A stretch of DNA of 64,000 bases from a bacterium (GCA_030688365.1 JAUYIE010000004.1:5931-69930); one strand, 5' to 3'. Counted from the stretch's first letter, positions 1-10,882 are shown. Numbers and translations: made by a program. Notes: a model not told the origin generated them from the letters alone.

Positions 1-2
1 CC

Positions 3-167
3 CAAGCGCAAGTTTGTGAATATGAGATCACCGAGAGGTTTTATAGTCGAAAGGTGATTGGAGAGCCAAGTCAGAAAGATTGGCAACAACTTGCGGGACG
101 CGAACAGGCAAAGATCCAATCAACAAAGGATTTTATTGAATATCTCAAAGAGATCATTGCGGAGTAA
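3..167 (+). CDS. 3' fragment of a hypothetical protein. The ORF enters from upstream of the window and stops at TAA 165-167.
   Basis: Open frame from position 3 to TAA at 165-167. No recognisable domain. Confidence 0.3.
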   Translation, partial: QAQVCEYEITERFYSRKVIGEPSQKDWQQLAGREQAKIQSTKDFIEYLKEIIAE

Positions 168-196
168 AGATTTTAAAGTATGCAAAGGCACGACTA

Positions 197-226
197 TTGA
201 CACTTTTTATGAGATATGATAGTGTC
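197..226 (+). promoter_or_regulatory. Candidate sigma70-like promoter (TTGACA-17-TAGTGT) upstream of the lipoprotein gene
   Basis: TTGACA at 197-202, a 17-nt spacer, then TAGTGT. A strong AGGAG RBS sits at 255-259 before the ATG at 268. Confidence 0.3.
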
Positions 227-267
227 TGTTTTAGGTTTATATTATTAGTTTTCTAGGAGATTTAGTC

Positions 268-666
268 ATGCTAAAAAAAGTTTTTTTAGTAATTTCAATT
301 ATTGGTATTTCAAGCATTTTGGGTTGTGCTATGACACCTGATCAGGAAAAGGCACTGGCTCGCTGGGATAAATTGCCCATGGCAACACAGGATGCATTGA
401 TGGCAAATGAGCTTGTAGGAGAAAAAGTTTTTTCAAAACATGCGTCCTTGTTTCTCTCAAAGCTTTTGGAAGCAGGGGCTACAAGAGTTGACCAACAAGA
501 GGAGGCAACTCTCATTATTGTTGAGGAAGAAGGCACATTTGGCACAGCAAATGTACTGCAAAATATGTATGGCACTGAGGTCTGCGCAAAGGGAACGGGG
601 GTTTATCGATGTATTGACCAAATCGGTCTACAAAGGAATGTGAAAATTCTGAATCCCTGTAAATAA
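268..666 (+). CDS. Putative lipoprotein with signal peptide and lipobox (ILGC)
   Basis: N-terminal hydrophobic segment followed by LGC. Preceded by an AGGAG RBS. 132 aa ORF. Confidence 0.6.
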   Translation: MLKKVFLVISIIGISSILGCAMTPDQEKALARWDKLPMATQDALMANELVGEKVFSKHASLFLSKLLEAGATRVDQQEEATLIIVEEEGTFGTANVLQNMYGTEVCAKGTGVYRCIDQIGLQRNVKILNPCK

Positions 667-1055
667 CATAAAAAGGATGGATGGAACCACGCCTTTTTTA
701 ATTAGATAAGCCAAGAGAGTAGAGAAGTGCGGCTGATATTGTGCGACGCATAATGATTAAACCACCAACAGATTTTAGAATAATACTTAACCAGATGTAA
801 GAACTATAAAAAACTGTATAGTGTAGAGTATAACCACTAGTGAGGAGGATCAGACTTACGAGATAGCATGAAAACACCGTTTAGGCCCCGTCTTTTAAAA
901 CTAACATTTTATCTACAGATGGTATACCATCAAAATGAATTTGAAAACCCCTCTCCGTGGCGTCGCTTAAGATATATTGAGCGACGCATGATATTGCATT
1001 AATATTCTCATCCTATGCCCCTTAATCACATCAAATAAAAAGAAGTGAGCAATTA

Positions 1056-1376
1056 TCACTTCCATACTTCCCTTTCGCCTCCCAGACAGTCAAGGCATGT
1101 CTTTATGCCTAGTATGCTAGAAAAACCAACCTTTTTAATTTTTTTGCATTTATGACATTTTTTGCGTGGTCTTCTACTGCATGTAATGCACTCATGTCCG
1201 TGCTTTGTACGTCTATATGGTGATCCACTTTGGTGACAAAAATCACATATTCTCCACGTACTTGGATCAAGTGTTCTACATCGACCGCACAGCCACTTCC
1301 CATCCTTTCGCTTATGTACAGACGCTTTTTTCTGTCCGCATGGTCCTTCACATTGCATTTCCTTCTTATATATCAT
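1056..1376 (-). CDS. Small Cys-rich protein with six CxxC pairs (triple zinc-ribbon-like)
   Basis: 106 aa ORF with repeated CxxC motifs (CEGPC, CGRC, CDFC, CITC, CHKC, CLDC). AGGAGG sits 8 nt upstream of the ATG on the minus strand. Confidence 0.45.
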   Translation of the reverse strand: MIYKKEMQCEGPCGQKKASVHKRKDGKWLCGRCRTLDPSTWRICDFCHQSGSPYRRTKHGHECITCSRRPRKKCHKCKKIKKVGFSSILGIKTCLDCLGGEREVWK

Positions 1377-1518
1377 CTCTCTATCCTCCTATTTCTTATA
1401 TCCGGATGCGATTGTACAATTCTCTCCTGCAAAAGTCAATGTGTACCTCTCGCATGCTAAATATAGGCGTCGCAAAATATTTACTTTCATTTCAAAACTT
1501 ATTCGTATTACTCCCCTA

Positions 1519-2742
1519 TTATGGTAAATAATTCAATGGATCAACCGGTATACCATTAAGACGTATCTCAAAATGAAGGTGAGGTCCTGTGGTGTATGGC
1601 CCTGATCCTGTTGTTCGTGGGGTACCGCCGGAATATCCAATGATCGTACCTTTTTTTACGTATGTATCTTGTTTGACGGTCATAGCAGAAACATGACCAT
1701 AAACCGATGCCAATCCTTTATCATGGAGAAGCATAATATATGCATAGGCCTTGCCATTCATGTGTGTACGTGCTACATACCCATCCTCAACAGCACGAAT
1801 AGGTGTACCTTGATATGCGCGAATATCTATTGCGCCATGTTCAAATAAATACCTAAATGGATACTCGGGATCTTTAAAATATGTCGATATTCCACGAGTT
1901 GGATCCACCGGCCACATCATACTTACAGCATTACCCGTAGAAAGTATTTTCAATTTGTCTTGCTTCGTCCGCTCGAGGTTTGAAATATCTGCGTCAATAC
2001 GTGCCTGTTCAGACCGCGCCTCGCTAAGTAACTGATCATACTTTTCAGCCGACAATATTGATTGGACGACAAGTGCTTGCTTTGCCGTACGTTGCTCTTC
2101 TAATTGATCTTTGTCTTTGGATAGCTGATCTCGTAACTCAATCTGTCTCTTTTTATTATTTTCTAAACCCATTTTTTGTACATTCAGCTCACTTCGTAAA
2201 ACCTTTAGACGAGCAATCCCCTTCCCTAGTTCGCCTTGAGATTCTTCCAAATAACGCACCTGATCAAAAAATTCTGACAATGAGTCATTGGTAAGTAGAA
2301 TTTCTACCAAATCCTTTTGATCCTCTACGTATACCTGTCTAATAAACTCGGCTAATTGGCCTTTGAGGACACTTACCTGCTCTTCCCGTTTTCCAATCTC
2401 TAAATCGGTCTGCTGAATTTCCAAATCTAATTGCTCAACTTCCTGTTTTGACGCTTCAAGATCTAATGTCACTTTTTCAATTTCATCCTCCGTTATTGCT
2501 AAAACATTTTCCAGCGTTGAAGCTTCTTGTCGCTTTTTAGTTATGTTTTGTTCATATGTTTGAATGCGCGTACGTAATGTTGAAACGCTAGCTTTCTTGT
2601 CCTTAATTTGATCATTGAGCTCCAGGACAGTGACATCAGTGTCACTTAAAGTGTTATCAGTACTTGAAAATCCCAAATGCGGAACGGCAAATGGTACTAT
2701 GAGTATTAATAAAATTATGACTCCAAAAACGCGTCTATACAT
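1519..2742 (-). CDS. M23/LytM family peptidoglycan endopeptidase with N-terminal coiled coil (EnvC-like)
   Basis: C-terminal M23 signature (HLHFEIRLNG..PVDP). Long heptad-rich coiled coil. N-terminal TM/signal segment. Confidence 0.85.
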   Translation of the reverse strand: MYRRVFGVIILLILIVPFAVPHLGFSSTDNTLSDTDVTVLELNDQIKDKKASVSTLRTRIQTYEQNITKKRQEASTLENVLAITEDEIEKVTLDLEASKQEVEQLDLEIQQTDLEIGKREEQVSVLKGQLAEFIRQVYVEDQKDLVEILLTNDSLSEFFDQVRYLEESQGELGKGIARLKVLRSELNVQKMGLENNKKRQIELRDQLSKDKDQLEEQRTAKQALVVQSILSAEKYDQLLSEARSEQARIDADISNLERTKQDKLKILSTGNAVSMMWPVDPTRGISTYFKDPEYPFRYLFEHGAIDIRAYQGTPIRAVEDGYVARTHMNGKAYAYIMLLHDKGLASVYGHVSAMTVKQDTYVKKGTIIGYSGGTPRTTGSGPYTTGPHLHFEIRLNGIPVDPLNYLP

Positions 2743-2761
2743 GAGTCTGACAAGCTAATGA

Positions 2762-4276
2762 CTAATGAAAATTAATTAAAAAAGAAATTGCATTTGCTAT
2801 TCTTTCAAGTGTTTTTTCTTTACCTAATGCGTCAGCTATCTCAAATGGTCCGGGGCTATTCTGTTGTCCGCTCAATGCTACCCGTAGTGGCCATAAAACA
2901 GCACCATTTTTGAGTCCTTTATTGGTAATTTCAGTTTTAATGGCCATTTCAATAGAAGGTGTCGTAAAATCAGCATCTTTCATCTGTTTTATTATATCAC
3001 GTCCGAGTCCTAGCATTTCGCAAGTCTCTTCTTTGGATTTATCTTTCCATGATAACAAGTGCGGGTCATATTCCAATGTGTCAGTCAGACAAAATGCAAT
3101 ATGCGGCGGAATCTCGGAAAGGACTTTTGCTCTGTCTTGCTCAAGGGCAATATATTTTTCTAGCAAATCCCGCGATATAGTTTCCTTATTTGCATTGATA
3201 ACAAAGCTTGTTGCCTTCATTATATCATCTTTTGGTAATTCAAGATATCCTTGATCAAACAAGTGTGGAAGTACACGACTGGTGAGTTCATTAATTGGAA
3301 GCGCGCGAATGTAGTGACTATTTAACCATTGTAGTTTTTCAATATTAAAAATTGCTCCAGATTTTTGGACTCGTTCAAAACTAAATTGCTCAATAAGCTC
3401 GGGTAATGAAAAGATCTCCTGTTCGGTACCTGGATTCCATCCCAGTAGCGCCAAAAAATTTATCAATGCCTCCGGTAAATACCCTTCTGCACGGTAATCT
3501 AACAGTGAAACTTTATTTTTTCTTTTACTCATTTTTGATCTATCGGGATTGAGAATCAATGGAATATGAGCATATATCGGAGTAGAAAAACCAAGTGCTT
3601 TGATAAATAACACCTGTTTGGGAGTATTTGAGAGATGTTCTTCTCCACGGATTACATGAGTTATCTTCATCTCGTGATCGTCAATGACCACTGCAAGGCC
3701 GTACAGCGGTGTGTGCGTATCTTTTGCAACAACTACATCACCAATCAACGTGCCGTCAAATTCAACGCGACCACGAACAAGATCTTCAAAATGAATTTTT
3801 TCTGGCGGTATACGAAAACGAAGTACCGACGATGCACCACTTTCAATTCGTTTTTTTACCTCATCATCTGTCAAATGTGCACATGTTCCATTATAGATTT
3901 GTGGATTCTTATTTGATACATTCTGTTTTCGTTGAAATTCAAGCTCTTCTTCGGTACAAAAACAGTGGTAAAGTGATCTTTGATCGAGTAATTTCTGAAG
4001 ATACCGCTCATATATATCAGTTCTTTCACTTTGTCTATACGGAGCGTATTGTCCACCACAATCAGGTCCTTCATCCCAATCCATACCAAGCCACTTAAGT
4101 CCTTCCATGATATCATCCTCATATTCCTTTTTTGATCGTTCTTTGTCGGTGTCTTCAATCCTGCACACTACCACGCCGTTATTACGACGAGCAAATAAAA
4201 TATTTACGAGCACCGTACGGACTGTGCCAATATGAAGAAATCCGGTTGGCGATGGCGCAAAGCGTGCTCGTATCAT
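2762..4276 (-). CDS. gltX: Glutamyl-tRNA synthetase
   Basis: N-terminal RFAPSPTGFLHIG (HIGH motif) and KMSKRK (KMSKS motif). 504 aa. Confidence 0.9.
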   Translation of the reverse strand: MIRARFAPSPTGFLHIGTVRTVLVNILFARRNNGVVVCRIEDTDKERSKKEYEDDIMEGLKWLGMDWDEGPDCGGQYAPYRQSERTDIYERYLQKLLDQRSLYHCFCTEEELEFQRKQNVSNKNPQIYNGTCAHLTDDEVKKRIESGASSVLRFRIPPEKIHFEDLVRGRVEFDGTLIGDVVVAKDTHTPLYGLAVVIDDHEMKITHVIRGEEHLSNTPKQVLFIKALGFSTPIYAHIPLILNPDRSKMSKRKNKVSLLDYRAEGYLPEALINFLALLGWNPGTEQEIFSLPELIEQFSFERVQKSGAIFNIEKLQWLNSHYIRALPINELTSRVLPHLFDQGYLELPKDDIMKATSFVINANKETISRDLLEKYIALEQDRAKVLSEIPPHIAFCLTDTLEYDPHLLSWKDKSKEETCEMLGLGRDIIKQMKDADFTTPSIEMAIKTEITNKGLKNGAVLWPLRVALSGQQNSPGPFEIADALGKEKTLERIANAISFLINFH

Positions 4277-4329
4277 ATTTCATATATGTTATTGACCTCC
4301 TAAAAAGGAGGCCAATAACGGCTTATCAG

Positions 4330-5475
4330 TTAAGGGGTTTGTATCGGATATCCACTATTGACATCTTGTAAACCACCGGCAGGCTGAAGATTGAGAGTAT
4401 CTAGCGATGAAGCAGGTTGATTATCTAAAGATGATGGTACTGTAGTATTCGATCCTTGAAGTATACGTTGTAAGTCATCTGCAGACGTGGGACAAATGTC
4501 AGGCGTAAACGTATATACTATCTTTGGAAGGAAGGTAAATAGACCATCTACGTTTAGTGCCGCATTTTGTGCAATAGGAAGCAATATTGATACCACCCCA
4601 CCTTTAAACAGATTTGCAAGGTTGGTTCTCGCTTGACATGTCAGTAGTGATGATATCCAAACAAATATTCCAATGACCAATCCGACTATGGCAAAAAATA
4701 TGAGTGAATGTTTTTCCCCTTTAAAATAATGAAATTCCTGATTACGTGGTAATGCTACCAAATCCTCATAACGAATATAATCAAATATTACGAAAAACGG
4801 AATTACGAGAATCATGTACGCCCCAAATAACAACGCAAACAAGACTCCACCTATTACAGGGACTGCAAGAAAAAGAAGGATAATAAGTGAAATGGCAAAA
4901 ATGATTCCCACAAGACCAACATAGCGTCCCAGAGTTGCAAACCAGACTCCACGGGTTATATAACGACTGTACGCGATTGCTTCAATACCTCGTTTTCCTT
5001 CTCCTACCAAAATATATACGCCAAAATACAGCCATACAACCATTAATATTGGTAAAACAATGGTAATAGAACTTCCATATGTTGCAAGACCACCAAGTAT
5101 ACTTATCCACAATAGCGATAAGTATACTGGTTTTGCTTGCTCAAGTGCTTGTTTGATTGTCAGAATTGATTCGTTTCTATGCTTTACTACATGTAGCATT
5201 GCGGTAAAAATCAATGCATATCCAAAATATGATGCAAATTGAATCAACGTGTTTATAACCTCAATAAAGGATTTTATTGTTTGCGATGAATGTAAAACGA
5301 GAAAATTCAATAACGACGTGAGCCCCAATGCGATCAAAAAAACAATTCCAATACATATACTCAAGGAGACCAGCGGACTCATCAATCGCTTATATGTTAC
5401 CCATGTTCGTCCGAGTAATGATCCCATCCCGGGAAGGTTCACAACCGGGACTGCTCCTGATGGCAGTTGTTCCAT
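4330..5475 (-). CDS. Polytopic membrane protein of unknown function
   Basis: 381 aa with many hydrophobic helices. Its stop is adjacent to the gltX start, suggesting an operon. Confidence 0.6.
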   Translation of the reverse strand: MEQLPSGAVPVVNLPGMGSLLGRTWVTYKRLMSPLVSLSICIGIVFLIALGLTSLLNFLVLHSSQTIKSFIEVINTLIQFASYFGYALIFTAMLHVVKHRNESILTIKQALEQAKPVYLSLLWISILGGLATYGSSITIVLPILMVVWLYFGVYILVGEGKRGIEAIAYSRYITRGVWFATLGRYVGLVGIIFAISLIILLFLAVPVIGGVLFALLFGAYMILVIPFFVIFDYIRYEDLVALPRNQEFHYFKGEKHSLIFFAIVGLVIGIFVWISSLLTCQARTNLANLFKGGVVSILLPIAQNAALNVDGLFTFLPKIVYTFTPDICPTSADDLQRILQGSNTTVPSSLDNQPASSLDTLNLQPAGGLQDVNSGYPIQTP

Positions 5476-5570
5476 AGCTAAAAGTATTTAAAAATAAAAT
5501 ATGACAAGCAATATTTTCGGGCTCAAGTAAATCGTTCTTAGAACATAGAAAATCCAGCTCAGAAACGCTG

Positions 5571-5646
5571 TGGTGCGCCCAGCAGGAATCGAACCTGCAA
5601 CCACTGGCTTAAAAGGCCATTGCTCTGCCGATTGAGCTATGGGCGC
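5571..5646 (-). tRNA. tRNA-Lys (anticodon UUU)
   Basis: The reverse complement folds as a cloverleaf: GCGCCCA acceptor, GCTC/GAGC D-stem, anticodon loop CUUUUAA, TTCGATT T-loop, 3' CCA encoded. Confidence 0.85.
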
Positions 5647-5830
5647 ACGTGATTCCTCATAAATAATATACTAAAGTTGGTAAAATGACAAGTTTTTCAG
5701 TGTCAATTTCGCAGTTATAAGTAAAACGCTACTTATATTTCAACGCATTCAAGGGTAATATTTTTTGATTGAAGGACGGGGTTCATTTCTACTTTTTAAA
5801 ATCGTAAATTTTTACTTCAATATTATTAAT

Positions 5831-5853
5831 CGTATCATATTGATACGATTATG
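5831..5853. promoter_or_regulatory. Perfect 10-bp inverted repeat (AATCGTATCA-TAT-TGATACGATT) upstream of dnaB
   Basis: Palindrome read directly from the sequence, about 75 nt upstream of the dnaB start. A candidate operator. Confidence 0.3.
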
Positions 5854-5925
5854 CCATGATTTGGTCAGCTTGCACCTATCCCCTTCTTGGCTTACAATAC
5901 CTGCGCACTTATCCTCTATCATTTT

Positions 5926-7344
5926 ATGGCCAACGAGCTTATTGACCGCATTCCACCTCATAGTGTCGAAGCCGAGCAATCCTTGCTTGGGGCGCTTTTG
6001 ATTGATAAAGAAGCGATCCACAAGATGGCGGATATGATCACGGATGAGGATTTTTACAAAGATATCCACCGTATTATTTTTAGCGCTATGGTGGATCTGT
6101 ATGCCAAGCATGACCCGATTGACCTTTTGAGTCTTGGTAACCGTCTTGAAGAAAAGAAACAACTCGAAATGATTGGCGGACGAAGTTATCTCATCGGGCT
6201 TGCCAATAACGTCCCAACGGCCAGCAATGTGGTGCATTATGCTGAAATTGTGCAGAAAAAGTCTACCCTCCGCCGTCTGCAGGCGGCTGCGTCATATATC
6301 ATGAAACTATCATTTGAAGAAGAAAATGACGTGGAAGTTACACTGGATGATTCTGAACGAAAGATATTTAGCGTATCTCAACGACTTTTGAAAAAAGCAT
6401 TTACGTCTATCCGCGAGGTATTGAGCGATGCGTTTGAGCGCATTGACGACATGCATAAAGAAAAAGGCAAGCTTCGCGGGCTCACCACCGGATTTTCTGA
6501 TCTTGATAAAAGTCTTGCAGGACTACAAAAATCCGACCTTTTGATCTTGGCGGCTCGTCCAAGTGTGGGAAAAACATCGCTTGCACTTGACCTAGCACGT
6601 AATGCCGCACTCAATGCGAACGCTTCAGTGGGTTTTTTTAGTCTTGAAATGTCTAAAGATCAACTTGTGGATCGTATGATTTGTGCACAAGCCGGAGTAG
6701 ATCTATGGAAAATGCGTACTGGTAAACTTTCTGACCGCCCTGAATCAGATGATTTTAATCGTATAGGGACAGCGATTGATCAACTCTCAAATGCCAAAAT
6801 ATTTATTGATGATACACCTTCCGCCAACATCATGGAAATACGCACAAAGGCACGACGACTAAAAAGTGAACATGGTCTTGATTTGATCATACTTGACTAT
6901 CTACAGCTGATGGAGGGACGTGCTGGAGGCAATGATGGCAGGACACAGGAAGTCTCTGAAATCAGTCGAGGACTCAAGTCTATCGCTCGTGAGCTTGATG
7001 TCCCATTTATCGCCCTTTCACAGCTCAATCGTGCGGTAGAATTATCCAAACCGGCCATTCCCAAAATGGCACACTTACGTGAATCCGGCTCTATCGAGCA
7101 AGACGCAGATGTCGTGTTGTTTATCTATCGTAAGGCGGCAGATCGAAATTACCGACCTGATCAACTGAACGATCAAGATAAGTACACAGCAGAGATTCAC
7201 ATCGCAAAACATCGTAATGGTCCGACCGGTATCGTGAGTCTCTTTTTTGATGAACAACGCGCCTGTTTCCGTAATCTGGATAGACAACATGGACAGGAAG
7301 AAGCCGGTGTCTCCAGTGCGGATTCATTTGATATGTTTTCGTAA
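5926..7344 (+). CDS. dnaB: Replicative DNA helicase DnaB
   Basis: N-terminal PPHSVEAEQSLLGALL motif. Walker A (ARPSVGKTS). RecA-like C-terminal domain. The likely true start is ATG at 5926, inside the 5887 ORF. Confidence 0.9.
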   Translation: MANELIDRIPPHSVEAEQSLLGALLIDKEAIHKMADMITDEDFYKDIHRIIFSAMVDLYAKHDPIDLLSLGNRLEEKKQLEMIGGRSYLIGLANNVPTASNVVHYAEIVQKKSTLRRLQAAASYIMKLSFEEENDVEVTLDDSERKIFSVSQRLLKKAFTSIREVLSDAFERIDDMHKEKGKLRGLTTGFSDLDKSLAGLQKSDLLILAARPSVGKTSLALDLARNAALNANASVGFFSLEMSKDQLVDRMICAQAGVDLWKMRTGKLSDRPESDDFNRIGTAIDQLSNAKIFIDDTPSANIMEIRTKARRLKSEHGLDLIILDYLQLMEGRAGGNDGRTQEVSEISRGLKSIARELDVPFIALSQLNRAVELSKPAIPKMAHLRESGSIEQDADVVLFIYRKAADRNYRPDQLNDQDKYTAEIHIAKHRNGPTGIVSLFFDEQRACFRNLDRQHGQEEAGVSSADSFDMFS

Positions 7345-7356
7345 ACTCATTGTCAT

Positions 7357-7959
7357 ATGGCATATCCTTCGCCACTTCGTTTTCTCATTGAACAATTTGC
7401 GAGATTTCCCGGTATTGGCGAAAAAACCGCTCAGCGATTTGTCTTTTTTTTATTACGTCAACCCCAAGCGGATTTGATACGGTTTGCCCGAGCACTCATG
7501 GAACTGCATGATTCTATTATCGTGTGTAAAGTGTGTTTCAATTACGCTGAAAAAACGCCATGTGAAATATGTGCTGATCCTGCCCGTGACCACGAAACCA
7601 TCTGTGTGGTAGCATTTAGTCATGAAGTGAGCGCATTTGAGCGTACCGGCGAATACAGAGGCGATTACCATGTGTTGGGAGGTAATGTGAACATCCTTGA
7701 CGGCATCACGCCGGACAAACTCCGTATCAAGGAACTGGTGGAACGCATCACTCATTCAGAAAAAAAAGTACGCGAGGTCATTCTCGCGTTTAACCCCGAT
7801 CTTGAAGGTGAATCAACGGGTTTGTATTTATACAAACTTCTCGCGCCGTATGGGATGAAACTCACTCGTCTCGCGCGTGGTTTACCTCGTGGGGCTGATA
7901 TTGAATATGCCGACGAGATCACGCTTGCTGATGCGATAAAGGCACGAAGAGAGGTATAA
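7357..7959 (+). CDS. recR: Recombination protein RecR
   Basis: C4 zinc finger (CKVCFNYAE..CEIC) and Toprim domain. 200 aa. Confidence 0.9.
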   Translation: MAYPSPLRFLIEQFARFPGIGEKTAQRFVFFLLRQPQADLIRFARALMELHDSIIVCKVCFNYAEKTPCEICADPARDHETICVVAFSHEVSAFERTGEYRGDYHVLGGNVNILDGITPDKLRIKELVERITHSEKKVREVILAFNPDLEGESTGLYLYKLLAPYGMKLTRLARGLPRGADIEYADEITLADAIKARREV

Positions 7960-8006
7960 AAGTATTGACCTATTATAGACTAGACAAGCCCCAAACGGGA
8001 CATTTT

Positions 8007-8318
8007 TTATATAGAAGTTATTTGAACTGTAGTAAACGGTTGACGATGGCCATTTTTACGACGATACCGTACTTTGGGCTTATATTTTATAATATCAATC
8101 TTTTTACCCCTCCCCTGCTCCACAATAGTCGCCTTGACTTGTGCATCACCGATAGTAGGTAATCCAAGCACTAAATCATTACCTTCTTCATCTGTCTTAA
8201 GCAACACGGTATCAAAGGTGATTTCGTTTGAAGGTTCGCCTTCAATTTTTTCAATCTTAAGCTTGTCCCCTTCCTTTACAATATATTGTTTTCCCCCTGT
8301 TTGAATGACTGCAAACAT
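8007..8318 (-). CDS. rplU: 50S ribosomal protein L21
   Basis: MFAVIQTGGKQYIVKEGDKL is the L21 N-terminal signature. 103 aa. Confidence 0.9.
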   Translation of the reverse strand: MFAVIQTGGKQYIVKEGDKLKIEKIEGEPSNEITFDTVLLKTDEEGNDLVLGLPTIGDAQVKATIVEQGRGKKIDIIKYKPKVRYRRKNGHRQPFTTVQITSI

Positions 8319-8398
8319 ATGTATTTATAACAAAATTGATGTATTGGATCAGTATAGCAGGATTTGAGACTTTGTAAAGAGTCTATCTACAAAAAGGA

Positions 8399-9436
8399 TC
8401 AAACTGACTGTCTTTCTCTATGAAGAGCAAACCACCCTAACAGTATCATAATCAACACAAGGATACCAAATCCTATCAACTTTTGGGTGCTTTGTAGAAA
8501 AAGAGCACTGATGCCAAAAATACTGGCAAAAGCATAAAGAACCAATACTGCCATTCGTTGAGATAATCCTGCGTCAAGAAGTCGAAAATGGATATGCTTG
8601 CGGTCGGCTTTAAACGGTGAACGTCGCTCTAAAATCATTCTACGGATAATAACCCACACTGCGTCCAATATGGGAATACCTAGGATCAGCATAGTTGTCG
8701 CAAGTTTTGCACCAGAAACAATAGCGAGAATTCCGAGAAAAAATCCTGCAAGTAGACTGCCACCTTCGCCCAAAAAAATTGAAGCAGGATGAAAATTGAA
8801 TACCAAAAAACCAGCGTATGCCCCGGCTACAATAACCGCCAGAAGAGCGGTGGGAAAATTTACAAAAAAGAATAAACTCAACAGTGTGATAATCACTGCA
8901 TTGATAATGGTCATACCAGAGACAAGCCCGTCCAGTCCATCAAGAAATTTGGTCGTATACATTACAACCATCAACCAGGCAAATGTGAGTAGATCTGACC
9001 ATGCACCCAAAAAAAATGTTCCACCAAATGGTATTGATATCTGATCAATACCTATACCTCCTTTAACAATGACACAGGCCGCGATCATAGGAAAAAAGAT
9101 CTGTTGCCATGGTTTAAGGTCAAATACATCATCAAGCATTCCCCCAATCACGAGCAACATACCAGCGCCAGCGATCAAAATAATATCCTGTCCGGCTACA
9201 TGTGTACCGATGATCTGTGGCCATGATAACGGCGCATAAAGTATATATAAGATCACACTTACCCAAACCCCTACATAAATTGCAACTCCGCCCCACAAAG
9301 GAATTGGCCTTTTGTGAATTTTTCTTTCAACAAGAGGTTTGTCTGTAATATCAAAACGTACCGCAATGGCTCGTATGATTACAGTAGCGAGCATACTCAA
9401 TATAAATGCCACTAATGCCACCAAAAAATACATCAT
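8399..9436 (-). CDS. Glycosyltransferase family 4 (MraY/WecA-like polyprenyl-phosphate sugar-phosphate transferase)
   Basis: About 10 TM helices. Conserved DDxxD-like and FLDGLDGL motifs typical of MraY/WecA. Its start overlaps the cysS stop by 4 bp. Confidence 0.8.
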   Translation of the reverse strand: MMYFLVALVAFILSMLATVIIRAIAVRFDITDKPLVERKIHKRPIPLWGGVAIYVGVWVSVILYILYAPLSWPQIIGTHVAGQDIILIAGAGMLLVIGGMLDDVFDLKPWQQIFFPMIAACVIVKGGIGIDQISIPFGGTFFLGAWSDLLTFAWLMVVMYTTKFLDGLDGLVSGMTIINAVIITLLSLFFFVNFPTALLAVIVAGAYAGFLVFNFHPASIFLGEGGSLLAGFFLGILAIVSGAKLATTMLILGIPILDAVWVIIRRMILERRSPFKADRKHIHFRLLDAGLSQRMAVLVLYAFASIFGISALFLQSTQKLIGFGILVLIMILLGWFALHRERQSV

Positions 9437-10881
9437 ACGGGCCGTATCGTTGATCCATTAGCTGTATCCTCCACAACAAAACCACGTGACGTAATTTCAT
9501 CACGGAGACGATCTGATTCAGCCCATTTTTTTGATTTCCTTGCTTTTTCACGTTCATTTGCAAGGATTTGGATATCGGATGGCACCTCAAATGTCTTCAA
9601 ATCTGGACGATTCACGCGTAAACCGAACACTGTATCAAATCGTAATATTTCATCATAAATTGCCAAATAATCTCTTGCCGATAGGTCTTTTTCTGTCTTG
9701 ACACGTTTTAAAAAATCAAAAAAGACTGCCATGGCCTTTGGCATATTCATATCATCAGATACAGCATCGCTAAACTGTTGTGTCACTGATGTCAGTAAGT
9801 CAGATAGGTGTGTACTTATCTTTGAGCGAATAACCGCATCTTGCTTTTTTTCACGAATGGTCTGCACCAGATTGCATAGATTTTTATACCCTGCTTTTGC
9901 CCCGTCCAACGCTTCCCATGTAAAGTTCAATTGCTGACGATAGTGTGCCGACAAATAAAAAAATCTCAATTCAAGTGGGTCATATCCTTTTTTTATAATT
10001 TCTTCTATGGTAATGAAGTTTCCGAGACTTTTGGCCATCTTGATACCATTGACGGTCAAAAACGCATGATGCACCCAAAAATGAGCCAATGGCTTACCTG
10101 TCGCAGCCTCACTCTGGGCAATCTCGTTTGTATGGTGAACTGGTATGTGGTCAATACCACCAGTATGGATATCAAACGTTTCTCCTAAATATTTCATACT
10201 CATTGCTGAACACTCAATGTGCCAGCCAGGAAAACCATCTCCCCACGGACTTGCCCAATACATAGTATGGTTGGAAAAATGCCCGACTCGCTTAAACCAT
10301 AATGCAAAATCATGAGGGTTTTTCTTATATTCTCCCGTTTGCACTTCCGCACGTACAGCTGTTTTTTTATCGTCCAGCTTTTGTCTAAATAGACGACCAT
10401 AGGCCTTAAATGAGTCAATATCAAAATATACCGCCTCTGGTGTATCATACGCAAAACCTTTTTTAATAAGTGTTTGCACAAGTCCGATTTGTTCGGGGAT
10501 ATGATCAGTCGCTTTACAAATTATATGAGGACGCTCTATATTCAGGGCATCCATTGATGTAAAAAAATGATCGGTAAAAAATTCTGCAACATCCCATACC
10601 GTTTTACCAAACTTTATCGCGCCTTTTTCCATTTTATCTTCTCCTTCATCCTCATCAGAAGAAAGATGTCCAACATCAGTGACATTTTGAACATGTTTTA
10701 CATCATACCCTGACCACTCTAAAATTCTACGTAAAATATCATCACCGACGTACTTTCTACCATGGCCAATGTGTGCAAAATCATACACCGTCATACCACA
10801 AGTATACATACCCACTTTCCCTTTTTTCATTGGGACAAATTTCTCTTTTTTATTTGACCCGGTATTGTATATTTTTAGCAT
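9433..10881 (-). CDS. cysS: Cysteinyl-tRNA synthetase
   Basis: HIGH (FAHIGHGR) and KMSKS (KMAKSLGN) motifs. Zn-binding Cys residues. 482 aa. Confidence 0.9.
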   Translation of the reverse strand: MLKIYNTGSNKKEKFVPMKKGKVGMYTCGMTVYDFAHIGHGRKYVGDDILRRILEWSGYDVKHVQNVTDVGHLSSDEDEGEDKMEKGAIKFGKTVWDVAEFFTDHFFTSMDALNIERPHIICKATDHIPEQIGLVQTLIKKGFAYDTPEAVYFDIDSFKAYGRLFRQKLDDKKTAVRAEVQTGEYKKNPHDFALWFKRVGHFSNHTMYWASPWGDGFPGWHIECSAMSMKYLGETFDIHTGGIDHIPVHHTNEIAQSEAATGKPLAHFWVHHAFLTVNGIKMAKSLGNFITIEEIIKKGYDPLELRFFYLSAHYRQQLNFTWEALDGAKAGYKNLCNLVQTIREKKQDAVIRSKISTHLSDLLTSVTQQFSDAVSDDMNMPKAMAVFFDFLKRVKTEKDLSARDYLAIYDEILRFDTVFGLRVNRPDLKTFEVPSDIQILANEREKARKSKKWAESDRLRDEITSRGFVVEDTANGSTIRPV

Positions 10882-10882
10882 A

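Noticed and set aside
5650-5925. Chromosomal replication origin upstream of dnaB
   Set aside because: No dnaA gene is nearby, and no clustered DnaA-box 9-mers (TTATCCACA-like) were seen. There is only a single palindrome and AT-rich sequence.
7989-8011. Bidirectional terminator between recR and rplU (gcccc-aaac-gggac plus T-run)
   Set aside because: The stem is only 4 bp with a mismatch, too weak to call confidently.
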